Shown here: positions 22,142-34,774 of the stretch, one piece after another | How positions within the stretch are numbered: position 1 is the stretch's first letter | Layout of the letters: every line of letters begins with the position of its first letter | Origin: Toensbergia leucococca | Lineage: Eukaryota | DNA: 64,000 nt | NCBI GenBank assembly: GCA_022813965.1 | Contig: JALDZS010000013.1 | Span: 62,001 to 126,000, forward strand | Direction: 5' to 3' | Program-made: the position numbers and the translations under genes | The notes under the pieces: model-generated | What the model saw: the letters and a program-made list of their open reading frames with translations, nothing else | The model's database searches: none | Told to the model about the DNA's origin: nothing

Positions 22142-23718
22142 CGAGGTCATTTTTTACAGTATTGCAAATGGGCAACGTAGAGATTTTGAGTCAACGTATT
22201 ATGGGTAACACCTGAATAGAATCATAACAACACGCTATTCTTCTATCCATCAACACCCTACCCTCAATGCCAGTTCAAAGACGTGGCCGTGGGCCTGAAA
22301 TTAGTCCTTCTACCCGTGGTGCAATAGCCTACGCAAGGAATATTCAGAGAACCCCTCTCAAAGCCATACAATTCAATCTCAATGTAAATCAATTCACAAT
22401 TTCTCACATCGCTCATCACGCCCTTAAGCAGTCAGAATTATCAGGTTCTTCTTCTATTCATACAGAGAATACAGCTCCTGAATCCCGTTCTGACCGGCCA
22501 CCTCTGTTACATCAGGATGAGATTGACAGTATGATCACTTTGACAACTAGCACCTATGAATGAAGACGCGCAGCTTGAAGTTCAGTAGCCCTAGCCTGTG
22601 ATGTGCTTGCATCAGCTACTACTATCAATCACGTCTTTCAGAAAGCTGAATACGGACGTTACACCTCAAGATACAAGCCCCTTCTTAAGAAGAATATGAA
22701 GGAGGATCACAAGATGTTCTGTCTTTGATATGAAACATGAACCTTACATATGCATGATGAAGAACTTGATGAATGAGATCAAGTCATCTTTACAGATGAG
22801 ACTTCTGTTATTTTAGAGAAGATCCATGGCCCTGACTGAATCACACGCACCAAGGAGGAAGAATGAGAGCCTACATGTGTAGAAAAGGCCTTTAAAACAC
22901 ATTCAACGTTTATGTTCTGAGGTTCTATTGCGTAGGGATGAAAAGGTCCCTGTCACATCTATGAGAAGGAAACCCCTGCTGTGAGGGCTGAATCTAAAGA
23001 AGAGCTTAGAAAAGAGGATATAACTAGATACATGCAAGAAGAGAAAACCTGACTGATGAAACAAAAGGCTATAGATCTATCATTAACTGCGGCTGAAAAG
23101 AAACGTCAAGGAGTTTATTCACAATTCTGCAATTCATTTCAGCTACAATTACAATCTGATAAGGGGGGAATTGACTGATATCGCTACAACAGACACATAT
23201 TATGATCACATCTATTGCCGGCATACAAGGAATTCAAGGCATCTCATCCCGGAGCGGTACTGATGCAGGATGGATGCTCAAATCACATCTCTCACTGAAA
23301 TGATAGAATCTTTCTAGAGTTCAATACTCAGCTATTGAAATGGCCCGGCAATTCTTCAGATCTCAACCCTATAGAACACATCTGATGTCTTCTCAAGGAT
23401 AGAGTCGCAAAAAGAAGGTCTTATCCTCATGACTGTGCTCAATTGCATGCAGCGTGAATGAGTGAGATAAGCTAGATATTAAGAAGGATATCAATCCATT
23501 GATTGAAAATTTGGAACGTCGGATGAGACAGGTTCTAGAACATGATGAGGGGAACAACTTCCATGATTAATACACCTCAATAGAACATCGTTGACGTGGC
23601 TATCTATTCAATTGTAGATGAAAATCACGATAAATGGCCTACTATTGATGTTCGTACGAATGGTGCCAAGGCGCAGTTCCTACGTTGGCCATTTGCAATA
23701 CTTTAAAAAATGACCTCG
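22142..23718 (+). mobile_element. Tc1/mariner DNA transposon, DD34E, 1577 bp, inactivated
   Basis: TIRs 22142-22180 and 23680-23718 match at 37/39; TA flanks at 22140-22141 and 23719-23720; internal transposase relic. Confidence 0.95.
22267..23570 (+). pseudogene. Tc1-like transposase pseudogene
   Basis: HTH-like N-terminus, VIFTDETSV, MF*GSI, GGID*YRY, MQDG, WPGNSSDLNPIEHI*; 34 residues between second D and E; about 16 in-frame stops and a frameshift near 23466. Confidence 0.93.
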
Positions 23719-23968
23719 TATCGTAAAATTGTAAAGCATGTTAGTTGGAGACACAACATGAAGATAATTGATGGTCAAATTTTCTATAGTCCAGGATAAG
23801 GATAATGTCAATGGTGGAGAAATGTCTCTTTCACGACGTGATTCCAAGTTTCGCTGGCTTCTCTTATCCAATGGTGGTTATTGATATCCTGTTCAGGAGA
23901 ATAGTAGACTCCTAGATACGTCAAGAAGTTCGAGAAGTAAAAATACGAATAGTTAAAGCACTTGTCCA

Positions 23969-25759
23969 TCAGCCTTTTGCTTTTTTTCTGAGCAAGCCGG
24001 GGCTCAGAACATTCACACCACTGCTATGCGATGCCTGCATAAGCTCTGCAGGAAGGCTTGGGCTAAGTTTGGTTTTCTTCCTAACCAGGCCAGTATCGAG
24101 CACGGTGACTCTGTCGACGGTAGTACCAACGGTGGACTGGTTAGTTTGCCTTCCATCATCCTCCTCGCTTGGTCTTTTCTTTTTCCTTACCAAGCTAGCA
24201 TTCAAAGTAGTAGGATCGGATTGAACGTGATTCCGAGTGTGAATCGACACTTTCTTTCTCCCGACAACAGACTGACCCCAGCTTTTGATGCCCGCCATGA
24301 TAGATACCTCCTCTATCCACCGCTTCGTACTCTCCTTTGCAATATCTGCATTTGCGTAGTCTAATTGCAGAAGCAGATCATTGGCGCGCGTGTAATCCTT
24401 TTGACGAAGGACAACTTCGCCTTGGCTTGAGGTCGGCCAGAAGTAGTACTTGGTCTTCTCAGCTTGCTGTCCTAATGGTCTTGCAGATCCTTTGATCCGG
24501 GGTTGGCGGGTCATGATCGGGCCTGTCAGCTTACGTTTGCTTTTCTGGTTTGGCTTTGTAGAAGACGTCCTCGGATGAGTGGTGTAGCCTTCTCCAGCCT
24601 CGAGTGGAGATGAAGGACAAGGGGTGAGAATCATATCGCGAGTAGGACTCGGCCGACTTGCATGATTATTATTCGGGACCTGAGGATGCAATGGGGTTGG
24701 TAAAACCTTTTTTATCTGCTGTTCGTTTGAGGAATTGATGGATGACTCAACAGTATCCTTTTGAAAATCAAGACTCTGCAAGTCTAGGGGTACAAAGACC
24801 CCCCAGATGAAGCCCACCAGCCGGCCGGAGGAGCATTCTTGTCTAAATGCCATCATCTCCCAGAATTGCTCTAGGCTCCTTACACTTTTCCATCGACCCG
24901 AATGTCGGCCTTTCGAAGGACTCTCTTGGACTCGCGACTCACTTTCGGGAAGCTCATCATCTAATTCGTCGACAAAACGAGCCTTTGGATCATCTGGGAA
25001 TCGAGGTATTAGGCATCTCTCTGGGAGATATGGTGACCGAGCAAGGTTCCTTAATGGATCTATTGCAGTCCAATGCGATTCCTGGGTTGGTTCTTTCCTC
25101 ATGGAGTCGGGGAAGAAGGCCCTTGTCTCATGTAGATCACAACCAGGGACTTTCAGGTAACCTTGGGAAGTGAATGTATTATTGCCATGGTTGATCAGGT
25201 ATGGCTTTTTACTCTTTTCCAGTCGAAAATCTCTCAGCACTGGATCTAATACCCGACACCACCATTTCACAAGTGCTCTATCATCCAAGACATGTTTTTG
25301 TTTGTTTTCGATGCTTCCTGGGAAGAGGTACTGGTCTTGTGCTCTGGCAAACAGCGACAGGACGAGGCGTCTGCCAGCCCTCCTTCGCTTTTCGACGAGG
25401 TATGCTAGAAAGATTGATGAGATAGTCTTTGATGGCGAAGGAATTTCTCTGGGTATTTTAACGAGATGAAGGTAGCCAGTGGAATCTGCCTTGGAAACGA
25501 ATAGCGTAGTGAGGTATTCGGTGGTGTAGATCAATACTTCAAGCGCGAAGACCTGAATTTGATGGCTATCTAAGGGTATCGTGACACTAAGAAAGTGGCT
25601 TTCGCAGAAGGTCTTCTCTGGCTCCTGTCCTGAAGGAGCGGAGTAGATAGCGGGGCATGAAGTCGGAGGTGAGGAAAGATGGTAGATATTGAAAGGGAGA
25701 TCACTGGGTAATGCTTCAGCAAGTCTATGTGTGAGTAGTAAATCAGGTGTCGCAGTCAT
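23969..25759 (-). CDS. RTT109: Histone H3K56 acetyltransferase Rtt109
   Basis: TLFVSKADSTG, SLFARAQDQYLFPGS, KHVLDD..LVKWW, IPRFPDDPKARF, FWEMMAFRQECSSGRLVGF. Confidence 0.93.
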   Translation of the reverse strand: MTATPDLLLTHRLAEALPSDLPFNIYHLSSPPTSCPAIYSAPSGQEPEKTFCESHFLSVTIPLDSHQIQVFALEVLIYTTEYLTTLFVSKADSTGYLHLVKIPREIPSPSKTISSIFLAYLVEKRRRAGRRLVLSLFARAQDQYLFPGSIENKQKHVLDDRALVKWWCRVLDPVLRDFRLEKSKKPYLINHGNNTFTSQGYLKVPGCDLHETRAFFPDSMRKEPTQESHWTAIDPLRNLARSPYLPERCLIPRFPDDPKARFVDELDDELPESESRVQESPSKGRHSGRWKSVRSLEQFWEMMAFRQECSSGRLVGFIWGVFVPLDLQSLDFQKDTVESSINSSNEQQIKKVLPTPLHPQVPNNNHASRPSPTRDMILTPCPSSPLEAGEGYTTHPRTSSTKPNQKSKRKLTGPIMTRQPRIKGSARPLGQQAEKTKYYFWPTSSQGEVVLRQKDYTRANDLLLQLDYANADIAKESTKRWIEEVSIMAGIKSWGQSVVGRKKVSIHTRNHVQSDPTTLNASLVRKKKRPSEEDDGRQTNQSTVGTTVDRVTVLDTGLVRKKTKLSPSLPAELMQASHSSGVNVLSPGLLRKKAKG

Positions 25760-25983
25760 ATTGCGTATGCATAGCAATGAAATAAAACGAAGGCTTTGAG
25801 AGTAAGGTAGGTACGAGTATCCGTAGTCCCTGAGAAACGCGTCGGTGACGTGAAATCAATACTCTTGCCGTTCTGGGCCTAGCATAGGGCAGAAAACTGG
25901 GCCGGAAATCAACATTAGGGCATCTAAGTACGGATATTCCAAGACCATACCGTACCAACGCAACCTCAGGAAACTGATTACGA

Positions 25984-26896
25984 ATGTCGGTTCCTTCATC
26001 ACCTGCCCGATGTGTGTCTACCTTTTTCTCACCACTCAAACGACGAGGTACTTGCCTTTGCACTTCTTGCACTCGTCCTCGAATACAACCTTTTCTATCT
26101 AGGAATATATGTTCCACGAGACCTCTACAATTTGAGGCTCAGAAGCTTGATCACACTCCACGATGGAAACAGACACCTCCCCAGATGGTAGCGCCAGTCC
26201 GGTCAAAACCTCGGCCTCTAAATAACGACTTTCCCGTCAACCAAGACCCGTACCGTTTGGATCAGGCTTACATAAGATTACTTGGGCCAGGTGGGGAAAA
26301 GATGCTCACCGAAGAAGTAAAATGGTTGGCGGTAACACACAAGAGCTTTGATCATGGGAGGAGAGGGTATAATGATAGACTGTCATATTTGGGTACGACG
26401 AATGGATGTGCAGCATTGGGATTACATGTTGACGAAAGGAGGTGAACAGGCAGAAGAGTGGTCAATTTACAAGTATCATTGGCTTTAGTACATCAGTCAC
26501 CCTCAGTGCCACTTGCGAGTATACCTGACCCTTATGGGCGAACCCCGTTCCAACACCCAGCTCTCGAAGGACTAGAGAATCTCAACGATGACACTCGGAG
26601 TACGATGACGGACATAAAACGATATGAAGATTTGGTCGAACGATACAGCTTAGGAAGTGTTGTGCGATGGAAGCCTAAAAATGTAGGATATTTATCTAAC
26701 AAGTGCTCATGACATTCAAGGATATAGTTGCTAATTTTTCATTGGACAGGCTATGGATCTCCAATGGTCAGGCAAGGATTTGGTGTACACCCAAGTACTC
26801 TATGCTATTGTTGGAGCAATTGCACTGCAAAAAGGAGGAGAGGTCGCAAACAAAATGGTTCGAGAGAGAATTTTAATTCACTTGGGGTTATCATAA
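25984..26896 (+). CDS. MRPL15: Mitochondrial ribosomal protein mL57/MRPL15 (RNase III-like); introns 26393-26449 and 26683-26749
   Basis: Presequence-like N-terminus; WLAVTHKSFDHGRRGYNDRLSYL|GRR; LYAIVGAIALQKGGEVA; canonical splice sites keep the frame. Confidence 0.88.
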
Positions 26897-27544
26897 GATA
26901 CATGCTCTTACACGAAAGCACGCTGAATAACCTTTGAAGTAGAACCTGCCATGTTACAAAGTAAGGTGTTTGTGCGAAAGGTATAGACTGGCTCATCTAG
27001 CAAGTGGAGAAGGACCGCCGCACCCTGTAAATACATTCTCAGATCTTGTGTGGATGTTCTTATCATCATGTCCTGCTCCACGTTTGTCAGTAAGACACAG
27101 TATTGATCAAATGTTTTCCACGATCTGTGTGGTCTCTCTGACGCCGCCCAAGTAACAGTGTAGAATACTCGGCCAGCTCTTATGACACCTTCATAGAATC
27201 TTCTCCGCAACCTCCGAATCGCAGAACCCAGCAATAATGTATCCAGCAGTCGGCCTGACAGAATGCCAGGCCAGTCGCGGCGCTGTTGAGTTGCACTGTC
27301 TATTGGGCGCGTGTGTGAAAGAAGAAATAGGCAAACCTGTTGACGAGAAGATTATATTGAGAAATGAGGCGCTAGTGGGCCACAAAAGTAAAATACGGTA
27401 CCCCGGTGCCTCATTTCGCAGCTTGAGATGCCTCCAAAATGGGTCCAGAATCACACAACCAGCTTTCGAGGAATGGTACCTTCATGACAGTCGTGTGAGC
27501 TATCAGCATATCTGGCTGGTCTTTCAGGCCGCAGACCAGCAAGC

Positions 27545-29674
27545 ATGGCCTCTGCCGTGTTCTTCCTCGATCTCAAAGGAAAAGTATGCTTCTGGAAGGC
27601 TCGCTTTGTATGCTTTCTCTGAGACTGATACGGCTTCCAGACACTCCTTGCTCGTAATTACCGAGGGGATATCCCCATGTCTGCGGTTGAAAAATTTCCT
27701 ATACTGCTCAGTGAGGCCGAAGAAGAAAGCTCTGCCGTACCACCATGCTTCTCAGACGAAGGTATAAATGTATGTTAAGTGCCTCCTCAGCTCTGCAGAC
27801 TTTGAAGCTGGAGCCAACGCACAAGTAGGGGGCAATGAAGCTCAGCTAACAAGGTTCTCTGCAAATCTAGTACCTATACATTCGGCACAACAATCTCTAT
27901 CTCCTCGCATTAACGAAACGCAACACCAATGCTGCCGAAATGCTCCTCTTCCTACACAAAATCGTTGAGGTTTTCACAGAGTATTTCAAAGAGCTAGAAG
28001 AGGAGAGTATACGTGACAACTTTGTTGTAATCTATGAGCTTCTAGACGAAATGATGGACTTCGGCTATCCTCAAACCACGGAAACTAAAATACTACAAGA
28101 GTAATGGACCCAATACCACCACCTAAAGACTCAGGTTTCTAGGTAGTCGACTGACTGGCATGGCATAGATACATCACCCAGGAGTCTCATAAGCTTGAAA
28201 TTCAAGCTCGCCCCCCAATCGCCGTCACCAATGCCGTCTCCTGGCGAAGCGAAGGCATCCGCTACCGAAAGAACGAAGTGTTTCTTGATGTTGTCGAATC
28301 CCTCAATCTTCTCGTCTCCTCGAACGGTAATGTTCTTCGCTCAGAAATTCTTGGTGCCGTCAAAATGAAATGCTACCTCAGCGGCATGCCCGAGCTCAGG
28401 CTTGGCCTAAATGACAAAGTAATGTTTGAAACGACAGGAAGGGCGACAAGGGGTAAGGCAGTTGAGATGGAGGACGTGAAATTCCACCAATGTGTTAGAT
28501 TATCAAGGTTCGAGAACGATCGAACTATTAGCTTTATCCCCCCAGATGGCGAATTTGAACTCATGAGCTATCGATTGAATACCCAAGTCAAACCACTAAT
28601 CTGGGTCGAAAGCGAAGTTCGATCGCATTCTGGATCAAGAATCGAGTTCACGCTAAAGGTTAACCACTGCACGATCTCCACCGAGAATGATCTTCTGACA
28701 CTGACGGCTGCAGGCAAGAGCACAATTCAAGCGTCGCTCCACGGCTAACAATGTCGAAATCCTCGTCCCTGTCCCCGAAGACGCCGATTCCCCTCGCTTC
28801 AGAACAAACATTGGATCGGTCCATTATGCGCCAGAGAAGTCGGCCATCATCTGGAAGATCAAGCAATTCGGCGGTGGCAAAGAATTTCTTATGCGTGCGG
28901 AATTAGGCTTGCCATCCGTTAAGGGGGATGATGAGCATGGAGGTGGCATGACCGGGGGCTTTGGAGGGAGTATGGGTGGCGCACAGGGGGGAAAGGGAAA
29001 GAGACCGATAAGCGTCAAATTCGAGATACCCTATTTTACGACTAGTGGGATTCAGGTGCGATACCTCAAAATAATAGAACCAAAGGTATGTGCAACACCT
29101 CTCTTGGCCGAACTCAATCCCTGTTCTTCCCCGTCATCGTTCACCATCTACATGTATATGCAAGAAAAAAAAAAGGAGCCAGGAGGTCTCGCACCAAAAC
29201 CCGGCGCTTGTCTCCCTGACCTCGCAGGTCACACATGATGACCAAGCGAAGCTTGTCGTTCCCGCAACCCTTGTCACCCAAGGTTTGATTTCCCACACCT
29301 CACGCGGCTTATCCGGAACATTCTGTGCGACACCCCACACTTCCCGCAGGCACGAAATCTCAACGCGGATCGTGCCGTATCGGGCCAAGCGCTCCCGCAT
29401 TTCCGTCATGCGCGCTGTGTCGCTTGCATTGGTTTTTTTCTTATACTTTTGGGATTTCCCCGATTTCTTTTTTTTTTTACTTTCTGGATTTGGGCCAGTT
29501 GCGATGGGGTTCTTTTGGCCGGGTCCCTTTTTTCTTTTGGGATTTCTATTTTTTGTGCTGACGGGTGTGTGGGGGGTGTGTGTGTGTGTGTAGTTGCAAT
29601 ATCCTTCTCTTCCGTGGGTCAGATACATCACCCAGTCGGGAGATATCGCGGTACGGTTACCGGATGTGCAATGA
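27545..29674 (+). CDS. APM1: AP-1 adaptor complex mu subunit; multi-exon, last intron 29086-29593
   Basis: MASAVFFLDLKGK|TLLARNYRGDIPM, EESIRDNFVVIYELLDEMMDFGYPQ, VKFHQCVRL, VKFEIPYFTTSGIQVRYLKIIEPK|LQYPSLPWVRYITQSGD. Confidence 0.96.
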
Positions 29675-31062
29675 GCCGTGGAAAGCGTGCTGCTTGCCGC
29701 AAGGAGGGGGGGGGGTGTTGTGGTGTTGGTCTGGTTTTGTTGTGGCGAGGGGTGGGGAATGGATGATGGACTGCGAGAGTAGTATACTATGTACCTACCT
29801 ACCTTTGCCATCTGCATGTCATGAACGGAAATGATCAATGTCTCGCTCAACATATGAAAGTCATGAATGAATCGTAAAAAAGAAAGAACAAGTAAAACAA
29901 CCCTGATCTTTCCATCTTGGAATCCTAAACCTCCACAACTCCCCACTACTGCCACCCCAACTAAGTATATCCCGTCCAGTCAGCCAGCCACCAACCAACC
30001 CACTTCACCCATCCTCTTCCAAAAAAAAAAGAAAATAAAAGAAAATGAACTTCCCCTCCCCCCCCTCCCCTTGAAAAAAATCCCCAGCAAGAAAACCACC
30101 AACCCCAACACTTTTCCTATCCCATTTCCCCTTCTCAAAAACACCCCACCTCTCCCCACCACGGCCTCGGCCTCCTGCGCGACTGGGTGGTGAATCAACG
30201 CCTGCAGCTATGCGAATATTGTGCCGTCCCCCGAGGGGTGGTGGAGGATGGCGTGTTGTATTTCTTATATTTGTTGCCGGCGGGGGGAGGGGGGAGATGG
30301 GTGTGTGTGTGTGGAGGGGTTGGTGGCTGATGGGGGGGCGAAATTAGTAGATGCTAGGAAGAAGGAGGGGAGGGTAGATGTTTGGTGGTGATGGGGAGGC
30401 GATGAGGGGGGAGGTGGTGAGTGGTTTAGTGTATGTGGACGAGAAGGTTGTAGAGGAGGAGGTTTGTGGGGAGGAGGAGTATGTGCGACGGATGAAATGA
30501 GGGAATTAGGGAGGCGGCGGAGTGTGAGGTGCCGGGTGAGTATGTGGAGAGTTGTTTGAGGAGGTTCGTGTCAGTTGAGGGGGGGTGAGAGAGGTTGGAG
30601 GTAAGTTTGGTGGAGGAGAAGTTGATTGAAGAGGTTGTGGATTCTGATAGGTAGGCGAGCTGGAGGCGAAGTCAGTTAAATAGAATATGGAAGCTGGTAA
30701 CGCGGCTGGCGATGGCAGAGAAGAGGCGATGCTGAGAGCTGAAATATTGAGTAACGTTTTGTGATTGGGTGCTATTCGGTTGAGGTTAATGAAGAAAGAA
30801 GAAGGTGAGGGATTATTTTTTTCAAGACGCAGGAAAAGGGTATGGTTGATGATGTTTCGTAAACCCTCGCCACCTCGTGCTAAAAAGGTCGAGTACGTTA
30901 TTAGAAAAACATAATTGACAATAGTTACTTATGAAGAGTGCCGCGTAGGGCAAAGAACGTGATATAAGAAAGTCAATTGGATCCAGAACGGCCACAATTC
31001 CAATCAAAGTGTGCCTCTACCGAAAAAAGACTGGAGAAAGAAGCAATCCGAAGGCCGCGATG

Positions 31063-31970
31063 TCATGTGCCATAATAGAAAGGACCATGTACACCCTTCT
31101 CGAGATTCTCAAGTCGTTCGACGGTAGATCTTGTAAGATTGAAGGGATCACGGTAAATAGTCACGACCATTCCGCGTTCTCCGCCATCTTCTCCGAATTA
31201 GTCTCAAGATCAGTAGAGGAGTCAGAGATCTTACAACCGTGCCTATGAGTATGAGGAAGCCATACTCCAGGTTGAATATTTTGTGTCAATACAGAATTGA
31301 GCTGAACTAGGGGAGCTGAGAAAGCCGCCAAAGACAGCAAAAGACACAGATCACCAATGATGCCAGCTGACTGAGGCGTTGGAGGAGAACATCCATCATA
31401 CTTATAAATACAAGGTATGAGCTTGTTTATCCACTCTTGTGGGACCGGGGCTGCCAATTGTTGTTCATCACCTAGAAGGTCCACCAAGGAATACAAGCGA
31501 TCACTATTCGGCACTTGAATATGACGAAAGCTCAGGACTCTCCATCCCTCTTGAGATTCCATCACACTCCTTATCTCTGCGTCAAAATCCACCGCAAGCA
31601 GGTGATGGGTATCAGGAAATTGACTAAAGACCGTCGCAGCCTTGAGCCGATACTGTTCCAGGTTCATCGTGTGAATGGTGTCTACCTCGGCAATTAGGGC
31701 CATAGTACCAGAACGCCAACGGAAAAGAGTCCCGGGGTCTCGGTGATAGGCACCTCGATGGTCAGGAGGAGCCCAGAATCCTTGTGGACCTACTATTCTT
31801 TCCTGGATCTCGTAATTGGGGCGCAAGGGCTCGATTTTAACAATGAAGCTAGTAGGCTGAGGTGCTGAATGAATCTTTCATACCAATCAGTAAAGAACGG
31901 TGCTATTCAAATCTAGGAAACTTACACCTGGTAAATTGCCTGACAGGCCCCGATTTACAGGCCTCAACAT
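31063..31970 (-). CDS. Hypothetical protein, about 3 exons
   Basis: 221-codon open exon flanked by GTAAG..AG introns; spliced tail GMVVTIYRDPFN..LENLEKGVHGPFYYGT. Start is tentative. Confidence 0.55.
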
Positions 31971-34774
31971 GATTGGAAATGTGGCTTCCGGTCCAGGGAA
32001 CAGCAAACGAAGCCAACGAAAAAACGAACTGTCGAAAGGTCGAATCGAACTACCGTTTTTGGAGAATAGGGGTCTCTGCTGCCTCGCCGCATTGGATCGA
32101 CTGAATTCTTAAAGTCCGAGGGGTCGCAGAGCCGCAAATCGAAGTAGTCAACCCGGTGCTAATAGATGTCACTCTCAGATGAGGCTAGGAAGATATGCCT
32201 GGATTTAGTGGCCAGGTCGAGGCTACTCGTGGGGGTGACTTGGACGTGGGGGGGGAATCATTCGTTCGATTCACCTCTCTGGGGATCAAAAGCTTGTCAG
32301 CTTCGGGACAAGATTGCCAGCAGAATGTGCTCTAAGACATGGATGAATCATCTGGCCAAAGCTCCGAGAGAATGTACCGAAACCCTAAATAGTCGTTCCG
32401 CAAATGGATATGTCAAAATGGAGATGATTGGAGAAACCGCGGACAACGCTCCATTTTCCCGTCCAGTCAGCGGGCTGACGACATGCCACCACCAGCACGT
32501 CGGGAGGGTAAGGGTTACTGACTGGTTAGTGAGAATTTCATGGGGGTTGTCATAGCCGATGTGTAGCTCCTGTGGTCGATCAGATTGCCGGGAATAGCAA
32601 CGAGTGTGGTTGGCCATTGGTTAATTGGTCTGCGCATGGAAAGTCAGGAAAGAGTTGACCTAGATTGCTGTCTTGGCGTCCTTGTAGACCCCCGTCGCAA
32701 ATTCTCCAGGAGCGGTATGGAAGCGCTGGTCTAGCAACTCTGGCGCGTCCTCTGATAGAGATAGAGGTATCCAAAGGGTTTCTCGCTTGTGAAGGTTGAC
32801 AGCGTTTATCAAAGCCGAGTCTGCCTAGGTTCATGGCAACCAAAAGCGCAGCTGTAATTGATGTGGTGGCAGCACGTTTGAAGATAAATTAACAACTCGT
32901 ACGGGCTTCGAGCGATGTCTTCATCGTATGGGATAGATAATCCGCGTGGTGATTTTCGCGGGAGACTTGGGGGTTGAAGAGCGATTCAAGGCAAGGGGAT
33001 TGACTGGTAATAAGTACTCCTCTCTTCATGCCTGTCCGATCCTCAAAAGTACCTGGTCTCTTCTAGAAGCCTAAAGTCCAGACCCACACACAGACCTTAT
33101 CAGTAGTGCTTTTGCCTGCAAATTGCCTGAAAAGATATTCTAGAGGAGGCTCTGCACTTCCCAGCACGTACAGCCTATCACATCCAGATAGACAAGAAGC
33201 CCTACTTGTTTACCATGTTAATAGGGCGTCAACAGATACAAAGGAACATGTTATTAGATGACTCGGCACCTGATTGGTCAAGCTGATTGGGACATTCAGG
33301 CTTTCCATGCAACCCTCAAGTATGATATATCAAATCATCTATTGCGTCAATCCACCCAGACGGAAGTAATACCTGCACATCGGTGCTCAGGCCATCCAAC
33401 ACCGACCGGCATGAGCATGACTCAACCAAAGTGCCGTGGTCCTATACATCTCCCCAAGGTTTGACTTGCGGGCTTCTTTAGCGAGAGAGAACGATCAGAG
33501 CCAGCGTTAAGACAGCCAGGGATCAGTAACCTCAGATAATATCGACGCCTTGACAAGATGTCCCTAAGACACATGAATGAAGGTGTCCCACGGAGATCGA
33601 ATGCTGCACCAATAGAGAAGCTCAGTGTCGAGGATTTTTCTGTTGAGGACTGAATATATCACACCGTAGCGGAAGGATATCACTAGAAAGAGCAATAAAG
33701 AACGAAGGTGTCAAGCCTGATAGAGGTATATCCAATGATAAAACAATGGTTAGGAGTAAGCTGCAAAGGGAGGCGGACCGACTGGTTGTCAGAAATACCA
33801 AGGTTATAAGAACGGATTGGCCACCTGCAGACCATCCCTTGTTCTTTGATAGCCCTAGTATGCGCATAACTACAGGTTTTGGTAAACGACTTGGCCTGTG
33901 CTTGAGGGTGCTAGAAGGGCGAAGCACGAGCACCCTGACGAGGAAGCTAAGTACTGCGGTGCTGCGATGGTTCCAGCCAATTAGACAAAACTGGGATCGA
34001 TCTTAATAAGCAGGTAAGAGATGATCGCCAGACTTGGGCGGTTTCATCAGTAATTCTAAATGTTAGGTCTTAATCATTCTCAACACCAGTACGAAGTGAA
34101 CGAAGCATGAACAGATGCAAGGAAAGTCATTCGACCTAGCTGATATGCTACTAAAGATTAGAACACGACTCATTGGGTGTATCTGCGGTTTTGAGCGGCA
34201 AGATCATTTCTTGTTACAGATTCCTGTGAGTGCACGAAGATCGAAGCCCCGATTAGAGGTGAATACCATTGAGGAAGCTACGTGATATTGAAGACATGAT
34301 CAACGGCATCTCACAGTATCTAGGCATAGATTGGACGGCGCTTGACAGTCGAAGGTGTTTCATGTACGTTGAATATCTTCAAGGGGCGCAGCAGGATGGA
34401 ATGTCTGGTCAAGAGACACGGAAAGTTCGCAGGATTGTCAGAAGTTCATTCTTCGGAACACGGTCTAGGGGGCCATGGTCATGGAGCATCGACGGACAAG
34501 AACGAAGCTCAAGGAGGTTCCAGCCTATTTCAAGCTTCGAAGAGAAGTACAATAGGTAATTAAAAGGTGGTCAATATAAAAGTAGCCATGGATAAATATT
34601 ACACTAGCGTTTTCAGACTTGCTGCCATTAATCGCACTGGACAGGCAAAATTTATATTTAAACTTTCAGCACACACGGTAAACAAATATTCATGCTGCCG
34701 TCGACTCTTCTTCCCTCCTGTAGATATTCTGTGTACCGAGGACACACCTTCTAAAGTCACTCGCAATTCCGTCT

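Noticed and set aside
22561..23460. Transposase read with TGA=Trp (mitochondrial code or stop reassignment)
   Set aside because: Neighbouring nuclear genes end in TGA, and parallel Pro>Ser and Gly>Asp/Glu changes plus a TAG and an indel point to mutation.
32100..34560. Possible degraded gene (kinase-like fragments)
   Set aside because: No HRD/DFG or other diagnostic motif found; only short unconnected ORFs.
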